Positions 26,911-39,476 of a stretch of 64,000 nt of DNA are shown here, piece by piece. The stretch spans positions 12,531,050 through 12,595,049 of the forward strand of contig JARFYF010000051.1 of assembly GCA_030265395.1 (NCBI GenBank), in the 5' to 3' direction. This DNA comes from Rhina ancylostomus. Lineage: Eukaryota. Numbering within the stretch: position 1 is the first letter of the stretch; each line of letters begins with the position of its first letter. Under the pieces are notes generated by a model. It saw only the letters and a list, made by a program, of their open reading frames with translations. It had not been told where the DNA came from and ran no database searches. Both the position numbers and the translations under genes were made by a program.

Positions 26911-27997
26911 CTGTCTACTAATCTTTTAAACTGAATGTTTTGAACAGGCCATGTCACGAACTTCTGAATAATTAAATGATCATAACTGTAGTTATAATTT
27001 GATTGTGGTTAAGAGAATTTTAAAAAAATCTGTAATGAAAATAAACTACATGCAGACACTCTGTGGATGTGTTAACAACTTAACAATGTTTAGTACAGAT
27101 AGTTTGCTCATAAAGTGCTGACAGACACTTTAATGAGCTTGGATGAAGACTTGCATACTGCGTGAACAAAATCAGATAAACTGTTGATTTGTATTAGAGC
27201 ACTGTCACCAAATCATTGATTCTTAAAAAAAACCTGAACATTTTGTGGTGAAATTGAACACTGGATTGTTTAGAGTGGGCTGATCATTTTTATCTAGCAT
27301 GAGCACATGTCAAACTATGAAAATCAAAAGTAGCTGAGTCAAAAAAGTGGCAGCAAGGTGAATAACTCAAAGGTGACAGTCACCTAGGGAACTCTACCCT
27401 GGAAAAAGTCAAGGTTACAGAAAAGGGTAAAGGTGTAGAGGGAGAGAACCTTTCAGCAATAGAGCAGTTTGATGCTGGCATCAGTAATCTGCATATTTGT
27501 GGTCAGTTGTACATAAATTATTGATGTCCTATTGCCTGGCTTTTATTTCTTTTTAATTCCCTTTTATCAGAAACTGAAAATTCTATTGACCAAGAACCAC
27601 CACTGCTTTGACATGCTGTTATCACACATTCCAAATAGTTCAGATGGGCAGGAACTTTCTAGGTTGAAGAATATCAATGACAGAAATTTATAATCCTCTA
27701 TAAATTTATATACATGTTCAGATATTATATAAAAAGATTAAATAATAATTTGTGATTTTATTAATCAGAATCTTTTGGATTTATCAATGCAAAAACAAAT
27801 TTCACACAGAGAAAATTTGATAACCAATCGTGAAACCAAACAACAGATTGAAGTTAACTATAACTTTTCCACATCTATTAATGGTATTCTTGCCTAAGCA
27901 TGATTGAATACGTACAGTCACAGAGTTGTGCATTGCAAGGAAAGTGCCCATTTGTTTATTGACTCTCTCTGCACAAACCAAAAGCCATGATATATTA

Positions 27998-29000
27998 GAT
28001 AGATAGAATATTACAGCACAATACAGGCCCTTCAGCCCACGATGTTGTGCCAATATTTTATCCTGCTCTAAGATCTAACCAACCATTCTCTCCCACGTAG
28101 CTCTCCATTTTTCTATCATTCACGTGGCTATCTAAGAGTCTCTTAAATGTCCCTAATGTATCTGCCTCCTCCACCTCTGCTAGCAGTGCGTTTCACGCAC
28201 CCACCATTCTCTATACAGAAAACTTACCTCTGATATCCCCCCGTAACTTCCTCCAATCACTTTAAAATTATGTCCCATCGTGTTAGCCATTTTCACCCTG
28301 AGAAAAAGTCTCGACTATCCACTCGATCTATGCCTCTTATCATCTCGTACACCTCTATCGTCACCTCTAATCCTCTTTCGCTCCAAAGAGAAAAGCCCTA
28401 GTTCACTCAACCTATCCTCATAAGACATGCTCTCCAATCCAGACAGCATCCTGATAAATCTGCTCTGCACCCTCTCTAAAGCTGCCACATCCTTCTTATA
28501 ATGAGGCGACCAGAACTGAACACAATATTCTAAATGTCTACCGAGTTTTATAGAGCTGCAACATTACCTTCTGGCTCTTGAACTCAATACCCCAACTAAT
28601 CAAGGCCAACACAGCATAGGCCTTCTTAACAACCCTATCAACCTGTGCAGCGACCTTGAGGAATCTATGGATGTGTACCCCAAAATCCCTCTGTTCCTCC
28701 ATACTGCTAAGAGTCCTGCTGTTAACTTTGTATTCTGACTTCAAATTTGATCTTCCAAAGTGTACCACTTCACACTTTACTGGGTTGAACTCCATCTGCC
28801 ACTTCTCAGCCCAGGTCTGCATCTGATCAATGTCCTGCTGTAACTCACAGCAACCATCTACACTATCCACAATACCACCAACCTTCATGTCATCTGCAAA
28901 CTTACCAACCCACCCTTCCACACCCTCAGCCAAGTCATCTATAAAATCACAAAGGTCCCAGAGCAGATCCCTGTGGAACACCACTGGTCACCGACCTCCA
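27998..29000 (-). mobile_element. Relatively young CR1/HER1 LINE 3' ~1 kb (RT C-terminal half, disrupted)
   Basis: Translates to FIDDLAEGVEGWVGKFADDMKVGG...WAEKWQMEFNPVKCEVVHFG (RT FADD motif). Tail GGGCTGAAGGGCCTGTATTGTGCTGTAA. Confidence 0.92.
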
Positions 29001-29074
29001 GTTAGTATACATTAATATGCAGTATATTGGAAACAAGCACATTACCACCAAAAGGTCACAGATACCTTATGTTT

Positions 29075-30530
29075 AATTTTATCAGGGATATGGGAGTCAC
29101 AGATAAGGTCATAAATTAATGCCCATCCCATAATCCTCTTGGTGGTGATGATGAGTTATCTTCTTGAACTACTGCAGTGATTGTGCTGTTTTGTGAGAAA
29201 GTCTTGGATATTGACCCAGTGAAGATGACATATTTTCAAATCAGGGTTTTGNNNNNNNNNNNAAAGACCAAGGAGATGAATTCTAGGGGTGAAGCGAGAG
29301 TGATTAGACTTGAAACCAAGCAAGCATTTGAATGAATACAGCATCAAAAATGCCAATAAAATGGAAGACAACACTAATCAAGTGAAAAACACTCCATTAG
29401 CTGGTGAGAAAGTCTCAAAGGAATCTGATTATGGCTGGTGGAGGCTGAGCAATTCTGCAGTCATCGCTGCAATTCCTTAAGGCACTGCTCTATGCCCAAA
29501 ACCCTTCAGCAAAGGTTTTGCTTAATCAGGTGGGTTGAGGTGGGAGGTAAGTAGGTTATGTCTGGTCCTTGATAATCCTAAAGATACCACCTTCCATTAC
29601 TTCTTGGACCATTAAGAGCATACTGAAGAAACAGTGATAAACTGCATTGGATTTGTTCGACTGGACTGAACAATTTTCCATTCTGCCAGATCTGTAGCTG
29701 TATTTTTTAAGCATGATAAGCTAAATATAATGCAGATGTCTTCACTGCTATATTTGCATGCTTTTGACCAACATTATTATCTGTATTCAGTTTAATCAGC
29801 TATTTTCTGACACCACTAAGTCAATGAATTTGCTAAAGGTTGGTTTCTGTGATGGCGGGTAGTCAAGAGAAGACCAAAATGGATCTCTGCATCTCCAAAT
29901 GATTAATTTGGCCTTGTCTTGTGCACTCTTATATTGGGCCTGCCTGCCATGAACTGTTTAATTCTTCACTGTTATTCATGATTGGAGGTGGTAGGGCTGA
30001 GGAGCTTGGATCTGAACCATTGCTGCTTTAACTATTTAGCAAGCACATTGTCCTGCAGCTTCACTCAGTTGGTAGGTTAATTTCAGGTAGAAACAATGTT
30101 TATCCTGACATGTTCCACAATCCTCAATCAACCAGGGTCGGACACCAGAGCTTGATGGTAGTAGGACTTCAAGGGACGTGCAACACCATGTGGTTATAGA
30201 TTATGGAGGAACACAATTCTACTGTAACCCATAGCAACTGGTTCTGAGATGCTGGAATTATTCCACCAAAGCATAAACTCAAAATATCACTGAGGGTGAA
30301 CTGAGTGAGTAAAGCCTATGGTTTTCCCAACAACACTGTCATGAACAGATTCATGTGCAGCAGGTACATTAGTAAAGACGAGCTTTTCCCTCTTGGTTGT
30401 TTTCTCTCCGTCTCTACTACTGAATCAGAGGAGCAACCAAGATCCCTGCAGTAGTACAATTTGCCCCCACACTAATCTCAATGCTTCTTTCAAGATGGAG
30501 GAGTGCTGATTCGTCAGCTGAGGAAGGACG
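29075..30530 (-). mobile_element. Old fragmented CR1-group LINE with a Deu-SINE-type tail
   Basis: The reverse-complement tail (GCCCATCCC...TCTTGAAC.ACTGCAGT) is similar to that of 38915-39476. Upstream pieces are highly degraded. Confidence 0.45.
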
Positions 30531-31540
30531 AATAAATTCATTAATTATTTGCAAATCCTTTATATAATTATAGAATTTCTTGAATTTTCATAGAATCAGA
30601 GTAATTCTTTTAGCCCACCGGGTCCATGCAGGCTTGTTGGAAAACCTGATGCATGATCTCAAGTATTTCTCTTTTCAAACATAACCAATTTCCTTTTAAA
30701 AAGTATTATTGAATTGCTTCTATCAGTTTTGCAAGAAGTACATTTCAGATTGGAATAATGCACTGCAAAAAAGAATTCTCACCTTCCTTTCAATTCTTCT
30801 GTTAATTACACTAGATATGTGCCCTCTGGCGAGTGACCTACCTGCCCATATAAGCAGTTTCTTCTCATTTACTCTACTTCTGATAAATTCTGATACACAC
30901 ACAGACTTCTGATAAATTGCCTCTTCATTTTCATGGCTCCAAAGTTAACACCCCATGCTTCTTCACTATATCTAAACTTTATTTTTTGTATCATCATTCT
31001 GGTATCATTTTCTTTTCCCACCTCCATTTTCTCATCACGACTAAAACCCAAAAGGTTTCCACTGATCATCTGCCAAATCATGGTGGCAGGATACTGTAAA
31101 ACTGATGAAGTTCAGCCCGAAAGCTTTTCCTCTCTGCTTAAACTGTTGATACACCAACAAGTTTAAAAGCATTCCACTTGCAATATGTAGACGCAGTTAT
31201 AATTCAGTCTCATAATGAGTTGACGGCATTTTATTCTTGACAACACTGTAAACAACTCATTTTTAGGAGTCAGCCTGAAGGTTTGACAATGTAATAAAGC
31301 TATTTTCCAACTTGCAATGGGTTTAATGACAGCTCATTTTGACTAGTCACTGAAGCAACTGATCCACTTGAAAAAGCAGGATCTTTGCACCAAGATGGTA
31401 TTAGGTGGCATTCTTCACATTACCAAACTATGGATTTTTGCCTGCTAATACTTCACTCACCACTTGTTAGGACTCAATGATAAAATGTCAATGATATAAT
31501 GTGATTGCTTGTGACAATGCCGTTTGAAAATTGTTCACAT

Positions 31541-31825
31541 TGTGGCGACTTACCTTTCACAAACCGGCTCCCAGGATCGCGAGCGTCGTCGGAGGCCCTG
31601 ACACAAGATAGCGCGGGGCACTCCTTCTTTGTTGGGCTAGTNNNNNNNNNNNNNNNNNNNNNNNNNNNNNNNNNNNNNNNNNNNNNNNNNNNNNNNNNNN
31701 NNNNNNNNNNNNNNNNNNNNNNNNNNNNNNNNNNNNNNNNNGGGCAGCGCACCCCAGTTGTTCATTCGACTCTTGGACTCCAAACGAGTGTCTCGTGTCT
31801 TTATTCAGTGTAGCTAGCTGCTACA
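31541..31825. mobile_element. CpG-rich solo LTR, family B (Gypsy-like, spans a gap)
   Basis: ACAT|TGTGGCG...CTGCTACA|ACAT: TG..CA termini, 4-bp TSD, many intact CpGs. Confidence 0.75.
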
Positions 31826-32100
31826 ACATCATCAAATACAAGTTCAAATTAACTTGCACAAAAAGAAAATGATTTGCATCAGATAGTGAAAATTTGATGT
31901 GTTTTTTCCTTCTTCAATAAATGACTTTCAAATTTTACTTGCTAACTACTGGGACATTTTTAATAAAAAGGGGTAATGAAATTTCCAAATTAAAGCAGTA
32001 CTGGTGACTACATCAACAACAAAATGCAGTATGGTTTTCAAAAAACATACTCAACAGCCAAATTAATATCACAAAAAATGTTTCAATTTGGAAGCCAAGT

Positions 32101-32394
32101 CAATAAAATGCCAATAATCCATTGTTTGATTATTTGGAAATCCTGATGATTCAACATCTGGCTTGCTGAATGATAGTTCCTGCACTTCCTTTAAACTCAC
32201 TGAGGCCCTGTTTCTTGTGCTCCCTTTAAATGCACTGGGTTCACCGGAAAATTTGCATCACTGTGTAACATCTAAACTGAAAAAAAAATGAATTCAATAT
32301 GTGTTGGGGTATTAATAGGAATAACATCCAATAGTTCAGATGTTCTGGCACCACCCAAGTCCCAAGTGTGCTGGATTAACAGAGATCTGCTGCA
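32101..32394. mobile_element. Diverged copy of the 57710-58068 MITE family
   Basis: Ends CAATAAAATGCCAATAATCC and CAAGTCCCAAGTGTGCTGGATTAACAGAGATCTGCTG, plus internal TTTAAA..CAC.GGGTTCAC.GGAAAATTT, resemble the 57.7 kb element. Confidence 0.55.
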
Positions 32395-34445
32395 AATTCG
32401 AAAATAACTGAATTGATCATTGAAATATGATGCCCTTGATCGGCAGTGTAAGCTTGGTGAGAATTAAATGCACTCTGATTTACGTGGTCTTCCATCCTAT
32501 TCTTTTAAGACTTGTCCATTTTCACATATTGGGGCTTAGATCCTTGAAAGTGTTTTTCAGTAAAAGCTGGAGCACTCTTCACAAGAACAGTAATATTTAC
32601 AAAGGAATAAATATATTTTTAATTAAAAAGGGGAACAGGGTGTGGGGAAAGACACAAAGAATAAGTAGTGGCAGGGGCACCACGGGGAATCACTTCAGGA
32701 ATGGGTTTCCATTAAAAGAGCACTCAGTAGGTCAGTGGCTAAACCAAAACACTGCTGCCCAAACTTAGCATAAATATTTTTCTATTTTTGTTGTCAACTC
32801 CATTTTCAAAATACCAGGTACCAGAAGTCAGTCAATATGTCAGAAAGTAGATTCACAATCATGCCTTCATCATAAAATTCCAGAAAATTATTGCAGCTTA
32901 GAAATAGCTAGACACACTTAATAAACCAGTTTCTTTCAAACAAAGCCATCTAACGGAATTTTATATAAATCTTTTCATAGATCAAATAGATCAACTTGTT
33001 GCTGAAAAATAATGGATTATTCCCACTGGTTATCCATGGTAGTGCCTGAAATAGTTGTGGATTGCTCAGAGATGGACTTGGGACAAATCATTTTGTTACA
33101 CGGCTTAAACAGTTTGTTATACTAGTTACAGTAAAGTTAACCATGAACCAGTGATTGTGGAAAGTAGCTCTTTAAGAAAACTTGGTACAAAAATTCTGCT
33201 GAGGTAATACTTCTTCCATAGGCCATTTAAAAAAACATTTGAAGGGCAATTAAACAGAATTGATGCTTGTAGATCCTATAATGATTTTTTTCAATGATTA
33301 GTTATATTGCTTTAATGTCAAGTTAGACACAATGTATGGTTCAGTTTGACTTAATAGAAAGCAAGTCCTAACAAAGCAGGAACTTTAACATGCCAAGTGG
33401 GAGAAGAGTAACTAGTGCATAACTACTTCAACACAGTTTCATTATCACCTCCCTGGTNNNNNNNNNNNNNNNNNNNNNNNNNNNNNNNNNNNNNNNNNNN
33501 NNNNNNNNNNNNNNNNNNNNNNNNNNNNNNNNNNNNNNNNNNNNNNNNNNNNNNNNNNNNNNNNNNNNNNNNNNNNNNNNNNNNNNNNNNNNNNNNNNNN
33601 NNNNNNNNNNNNNNNNNNNNNNNNNNNNNNNNNNNNNNNNNNNNNNNNNNNNNNNNNNNNNNNNNNNNNNNNNNNNNNNNNNNNNNNNNNNNNNNNNNNN
33701 NNNNNNNNNNNNNNNNNNNNNNNNNNNNNNNNNNNNNNNNNNNNNNNNNNNNNNNNNNNNNNNNNNNNNNNNNNNNNNNNNNNNNNNNNNNNNNNNNNNN
33801 NNNNNNNNNNNNNNNNNNNNNNNNNNNNNNNNNNNNNNNNNNNNNNNNNNNNNNNNNNNNNNNNNNNNNNNNNNNNNNNNNNNNNNNNNNNNNNNNNNNN
33901 NNNNNNNNNNNNNNNNNNNNNNNNNNNNNNNNNNNNNNNNNNNNNNNNNNNNNNNNNNNNNNNNNNNNNNNNNNNNNNNNNNNNNNNNNNNNNNNNNNNN
34001 NNNNNNNNNNNNNNNNNNNNNNNNNNNNNNNNNNNNNNNNNNNNNNNNNNNNNNNNNNNNNNNNNNNNNNNNNNNNNNNNNNNNNNNNNNNNNNNNNNNN
34101 NNNNNNNNNNNNNNNNNNNNNNNNNNNNNNNNNNNNNNNNNNNNNNNNNNNNNNNNNNNNNNNNNNNNNNNNNNNNNNNNNNNNNNNNNNNNNNNNNNNN
34201 NNNNNNNNNNNNNNNNNNNNNNNNNNNNNNNNNNNNNNNNNNNNNNNNNNNNNNNNNNNNNNNNNNNNNNNNNNNNNNNNNNNNNNNNNNNNNNNNNNNN
34301 NNNNNNNNNNNNNNNNNNNNNNNNNNNNNNNNNNNNNNNNNNNNNNNNNNNNNNNNNNNNNNNNNNNNNNNNNNNNNNNNNNNNNNNNNNNNNNNNNNNN
34401 NNNNNNNNNNNNNNNNNNNNNNNNNNNNNNNNNNNNNNNNNNNNN

Positions 34446-34580
34446 ATTTCATTGTATAAGGAAACCATTCAATAGTCTTATCACAGTGGGATAAAAGCTG
34501 TCCTTAAGCCTGGTGGTAAGTGCCCTCAGGCTCCTGTATCTTCTACCCGATGGAAGAGGGGAGAAGAGAGAATGACCCGA
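34446..34580 (-). mobile_element. Rex1/Babar LINE 3' fragment
   Basis: CCATTCAATAGTCTTATCACAGTGGGATAAAAGCTGTCCTTAAGCCTGGTGG...GGAAGAGGGGAGAAGAGAGAATG, homologous to ~45290-45400. Confidence 0.7.
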
Positions 34581-35347
34581 GTCTGGACCTCATTGCTTTT
34601 CCAAATGTAACTTTTGTGAATGGTTAAGTTCAGGGTTAGGGTTATGAGGCAAACTTAATTAAACAATTTTTTTCCAAGACAGCATGATCGATTTTCCTCC
34701 AAGACTACATGATCGATTTTTCATCTCTTCTCGCAGCCAGAATCTCTTAAAATTTAAAAAAAAACACCTTTATCTTTAATTTAATTTCTCTAACCCAACA
34801 AATGTATTGAATATCTTACTTGCTTAGAAGTACATAAATATCAGAATCCAGCAGTAATCTTTTTTCAGCTGTGGAAACCAACTGCAAATCTGCAGTCAGG
34901 AGAAATGTTTGGAAACCTCTTCAGTCAAACATACAAGCAGACAATCCCATTCAACCTTTTCTTTATATCACCATCAACATTAGCTCCACTGTCTGACTAT
35001 TTCTGAAGAAAATGGTTTTGCCTATCGACATGCAAATTATTTGTCAGAGCAGGAGTTGAGAAAGTACACAAGCCAACACCAATCTAGAAATAATTAAGGT
35101 TAAAATACAACCAATGCAGTAAACACAGTAAAAGGTCATTTTGCCTGCCAGTGGACTGATGGTAAAATTCTGAGGAATCAGTGGAATAGGCTTTTCACGT
35201 GGTGGTTTCCATTATCTGATGCTGCAAATTTTCCTAGTTTAATAATATTAAACTTCAAGTAGTACCTGAGCGATTTCCTTCCTATCAAATTTTACAATTC
35301 TCAAACCAGCTGATATATCAGTAAGCAAAGGTTATCAGTCTACTTAC

Positions 35348-35492
35348 TGCGTGCTTGGATTTCAGTCGCTCCTCTTCAGTCAGTGCTCTCTCCCGCAACA
35401 CAGCTTTTACAAGGCTATCATTTGCAGCATCTCGCTCACGTTCAAGAATTTTGCTGATCTCATCGTGAACATATCGTTTATCATGTTCAAGC
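35348..35492 (-). CDS. CHCHD3: CHCHD3/MIC19 internal coding exon (145 nt, probably exon 4): (R)LEHDKRYVHDEISKILERERDAANDSLVKAVLRERALTEEERLKSKHA
   Basis: Minus strand reads ttttttctccttgttttgaaatacag|GCTTGAA...CACGCA|gtaagt. The phase-2 start joins the 82-nt exon (AG+G=Arg). It matches recalled CHCHD3 LDRERAAANEQLTRAILRERICSEEERAKAKHL. Paralogue CHCHD6 fits less well given the upstream exon. Confidence 0.92.
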
Positions 35493-36119
35493 CTGTATTT
35501 CAAAACAAGGAGAAAAAAATGTACAATCATATAAGACAACAAAAATATCAAGGACAATCACAAGTTACGTTCCAGTTGCTGCACTTTCAAAACCAATGGC
35601 AGACACGTAACCAAAAGAAATACTTGTAACCACCTTCAATCAAACATACCGATCAAGTGATCTTACTTACCTCCTCCCAGAATCAGTACTGTACAGAATC
35701 TAACATTCAGCTAAATTAGCTAATGCTAACATTACTGGTCAGGTATAATATAGGCATTTCTACAGGATTCTTCTCATCTAGCTCCAACACAAAATTTCTG
35801 TTCCCTTCAACAACTGTGCACCTCAGCTATTCCAGTACACTTTGTAACAATTAGTGACAGAATAACTCGGTTAACTACACGACTTCAGCATTTCATGTCT
35901 AGGTGCACCTACTTTTGAAGAATTATGGGCCATTAGTTGTTCTGCCAAAGTTGTGAAACCACCACAATTCAAATAGCATGCATCCTTGAAGGCCAGTTAT
36001 TGTCAATTGCCAAATGGATGGAGTTTAATGTTATGATACATGTATTAATGAACTATGTCCATTTCATCAAGTTTTTAAATTAACAAAGAATCATAAGATT
36101 TGAAAATTATGCATACAGC

Positions 36120-36470
36120 CTCCATTTTAGAGTCATGAGCACAACAATGGCAGTGCTTAGAGTGCTGCACTGTTTTTTTTGGAAATTGAACTGATCAACA
36201 CTATTTTTTCCCATGCAAAACAAGTCCCATGATACTATTTTGAGATAAATTGGAGTGTTCTTCTGGTTCCTGGACATTTCTTTCTAAACTATTGCCAATA
36301 AAACAGATTTCCTGATTATTTATCTCATCACTGTCAGACTTTGCTGTGTGTAAATTGGCAGCTGCGTTTTCTGAATGGCAAGATTATAGTTCAAGTGTAT
36401 TTAACCAACAAAATGTGCTGTGTTATCCTGAGTACAGGAGAATTTCTATAAATGCAAATGCTGTCTTTCT
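36120..36470 (+). mobile_element. Deu-type SINE remnant
   Basis: AAACAGATT..CTGATTATTTATCTCAT...TTGCTGTGTGTAAATTGGCAGCTGCGTTT...TATAAATGCAA. Similar remnants lie at ~5590-6255 and ~25350-25480. Confidence 0.55.
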
Positions 36471-37703
36471 GCACTTTTAAATATTTTGTGTGAATTATTT
36501 CATCATATGAGTACCTACCTTACAAAACTCTTTTGAAAGATACGGATCAACGAGAACAAAGTGTTGTAACATATTTAAATGCTCTCAGTGATGCATCTGT
36601 CCAATACTTTATGTAATATTAATGGATGTGAAATGCTTTTTTTAAAATCTTATTTTAATATTTAATGGGCAAGCTGAGTGCCTTTCAAAACTGAAGTTTA
36701 GCATTATTGTATCGGTCTAAATCACAGGAGAATAGATCATATCTCAAGGAATCAAATAGTGCTATAAACTGATTTTCCACTTACTGATAAATAAACAAAG
36801 GAAATACAAGCAAGAGCAGGGCACAGCCCTTGGAGCTTGTTCTGTCATTCAACAGGATTTTGACTGATCTTCAATCGCAACTCCAGCTTGCTACAATATC
36901 CCCATTTGCCTTGATTCCTTGGTATTAAAAATTCCATCTTTCTGTCTTGAATATACTGAATGACTGAAAATTCAAGTCCTTTGGGATGGTGAATCTAAAG
37001 ATACACAATTCCAGAAACTTCATCTCAGTTTTAAAGGACTGTTTATTATGAGACTGTGAAACCCCAACTTCTAAAAGAATAATTTTATAATTCTCAATGC
37101 AATATTGCATCAGCTACACTCCTTATTACTCATTTAACTGATCTACCTTTGTAGACTCTTTCTGTAACTTCTTAATGGCTTACTTTTCTGACTCATCATC
37201 ACTTCCACAGGTGTAAAATCTGAAAGAGGTGGCTATTGGCATAATGAATGCATTGGTCATGTTTCAAAACTCTATGGATTCGAGGATAGTTCCTGCTGAT
37301 TGGCTGGAGGCAAAATTGGAGGGCAACCCCAGAATTTAAGAAAGGAAAAGAGAAAACAGGAATCTATAAATCTATCAGTTCAATGCCAGTAACAGGGAAA
37401 ATACTGGAGTCTATAATAAAGGATTAATATCAGAATATCTGGAGAATAATGAAATTAAACAGTCAGCGCAGATTTATGAAAGCCAAATCAAGTTTGACTA
37501 ATCTACCTGAATTCTTCAAGTATGCAATGAGTAAAATGGATAAAGAGGAACCAGTAGATGTAGGTGTATTTAGATTTTCAGAAGGTTTTCGATAAGGTCC
37601 TACACAAAAAGTTTGTCAATCAGGTCAGAGCACTAGGAATTGCTAGTAATACAGTGGCACAGATTGATAATTGCTTAACACACCAAAAGCAGAATGGGAA
37701 TAA

Positions 37704-37998
37704 GATAAGATCTTTATTAGTCACACGTACTTCAAAACACACAGTGAAATGCACCTTTGTGTAGAATGTTCTGGGGGCAGCCCACAAGTGTCGCCACACT
37801 TCCAGCGCCAACATAGCATGCCCACAACTTCCAAACCTATAGGTCTTTGGAATGTGGCAGGAAACCGGAGCACCCAGGGAAAACCCATGCAGTCACGGGG
37901 AGAATGTACAAACTCCTTACAGACAGCAGCGGGAATTGAACCCAGGTCGCTGGCACTGTAATAGTGTTACACTAACTACTACGTTACCATGCCTACCC
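37704..37998 (-). mobile_element. Full-length V-SINE nested in the CR1
   Basis: Same family as 25503-25798. Flanked by ATAA at 37700-37703 and 37999-38002; the host CR1 sequence GGGAATAA|ATAGGTC is continuous across it. Confidence 0.88.
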
Positions 37999-38914
37999 AT
38001 AAATAGGTCTTCCTCAGATAAGCACTCTGAAGGCCCTAGTTGTTCACAATTTATATCAATGACAGGGCTGAGGGAACGAAATATCCTATTTCCAAGTTTG
38101 CAGATGATACGAAACTATGAGTTTCAGTCAGGAGGAGGATATAAGAGGATTTATAGCAATAAAGACAAGTTAGGTGAGTGGGTATGAACATAGTAGATGG
38201 AATAATGTGTGTGAAATTGTGAGGTTAGCCAACTTGGTTGCATGAAATTGAAAAGCAAGAGAATGGTGATTATTGAGAAATGCTGATGTTCAAAAAGACC
38301 TAGGAATCCTTCTACACAAGTTACTGAAGCTAACATAAGGTGCAGCAAGCAGCCAGGAAGGCAAAAGCATGCTGGTTTTATTACAAGACTACTTGTGTGT
38401 AGGAGTAAAGATATCTCACTGTATCTATATACGGCCTTGGTGAGATCGCAGCTGTATTAGTGAACATAATTTTGGTCTCCTTACCTTGAAAAGGAGATGT
38501 AGAACATTGGCTCCATTGGGTTGGTGGGTTTACTCTACGGGCAAAGATTAAGTAGACTATATTTTCTGAAGTCCACAAGGATGAGAGTTAACTTCATTGA
38601 AACCTACAAAATTCTTATAGCTTGACAGGATGAGGCAGGGAGGACGTTTTTTGCCTGGCTGATGCATCTGCAATTGAGGGGTCGGGGGGGCAAGTTCAAG
38701 TTAAGGGGCAGACTTAAGACTGATATAAGGAAAAATTCCTTTACACAGAAGATGGAGAATCCCAAAGATTCACCGACTTTGAGGGCTGTGGAGGTTCAGC
38801 CGTTAAATTTACTCAGAACAGAGAAGGATACTTTGCTGGTTATCAAGAAAATCAGCAGATATGTGCATAGTGTAGGAAAATGGAGCCAAAGCAGAAGATC
38901 AGTCATTAGAAGGT

Positions 38915-39476
38915 CAAAGGCTAGGAATCCTGCAGCAAATCACTTACCTCCTAACTCCCAAAAAGCCTGCCCACCATATACAAGGCTCAAGTCAGGAGTG
39001 TAATGGAATACTCTCCACTTGCCTGGATGAATGCAGCGTCAACAACTCGACACCATACAGGACAGAGCAGCCTGCTTATTAGGTACCCAATTCACAACTA
39101 TTCATTCACTCCACCACGGACACACAGCAACAGCAGTTTGTACCATGTAGAGGATGCATCACAGCAACTCACCAAGACTCCTTTGGCAGCACCTTCCAAA
39201 CCCACAACCTCTTACAAGCTAGACGAACAAGGGCAGCAAAATCATAGGAACCTCAAAGCCAAACAACACCCTGACTTGGAAATATTATCACTGTTCCTTC
39301 ACCGTCACTGGGTCAAAATCCTAAAACTCCCTCCCCAACAGTATTCTGGGTATACCCACACCTCAAGGACTGCAGTTGTTTAAGATAGCTCATCACTACC
39401 TTCAAGGGCTATTGGGGATGGATGATTAAATCCTGGCTCAGCCTGCGAGTCCATATCCCTTGGATGAATAAAAAAA
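38915..39476 (+). mobile_element. CR1-group LINE 3' fragment with a CR1-4_DR/Deu-SINE-like tail
   Basis: Translates to YKAQVRSVMEYSPLAWMNAASTT. Tail GGACTGCAG...TCAAGGGCTATTGGGGATGG...CATATCCCTTGGATGAATAAAAA. Confidence 0.7.

Larger units (their letters stand above)
1..35347 (-). other. CHCHD3: Next CHCHD3 intron (>35 kb); the following exon was not found
   Basis: Donor gtaagt at 35342-35347. No ARQLEEKD...FYKEQLARLEER-like exon was seen, so it lies outside the window or in an N gap. Confidence 0.65.

Noticed and set aside
28538-28984. 148-aa ORF with an RT motif as a possible host gene
   Set aside because: It is a frameshifted, truncated CR1 ORF2 remnant.
33415-34494. Long ORFs of 170-360 aa here and at ~21.0-21.6 kb and ~52.1-52.9 kb
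   Set aside because: They consist almost entirely of X from N runs.
34672-34720. ~25-bp tandem duplication (CCAAGAC..CATGATCGATTTT x2)
   Set aside because: There are only two copies and no spacers, which fits ordinary slippage. It is not CRISPR-like, and the DNA is eukaryotic.
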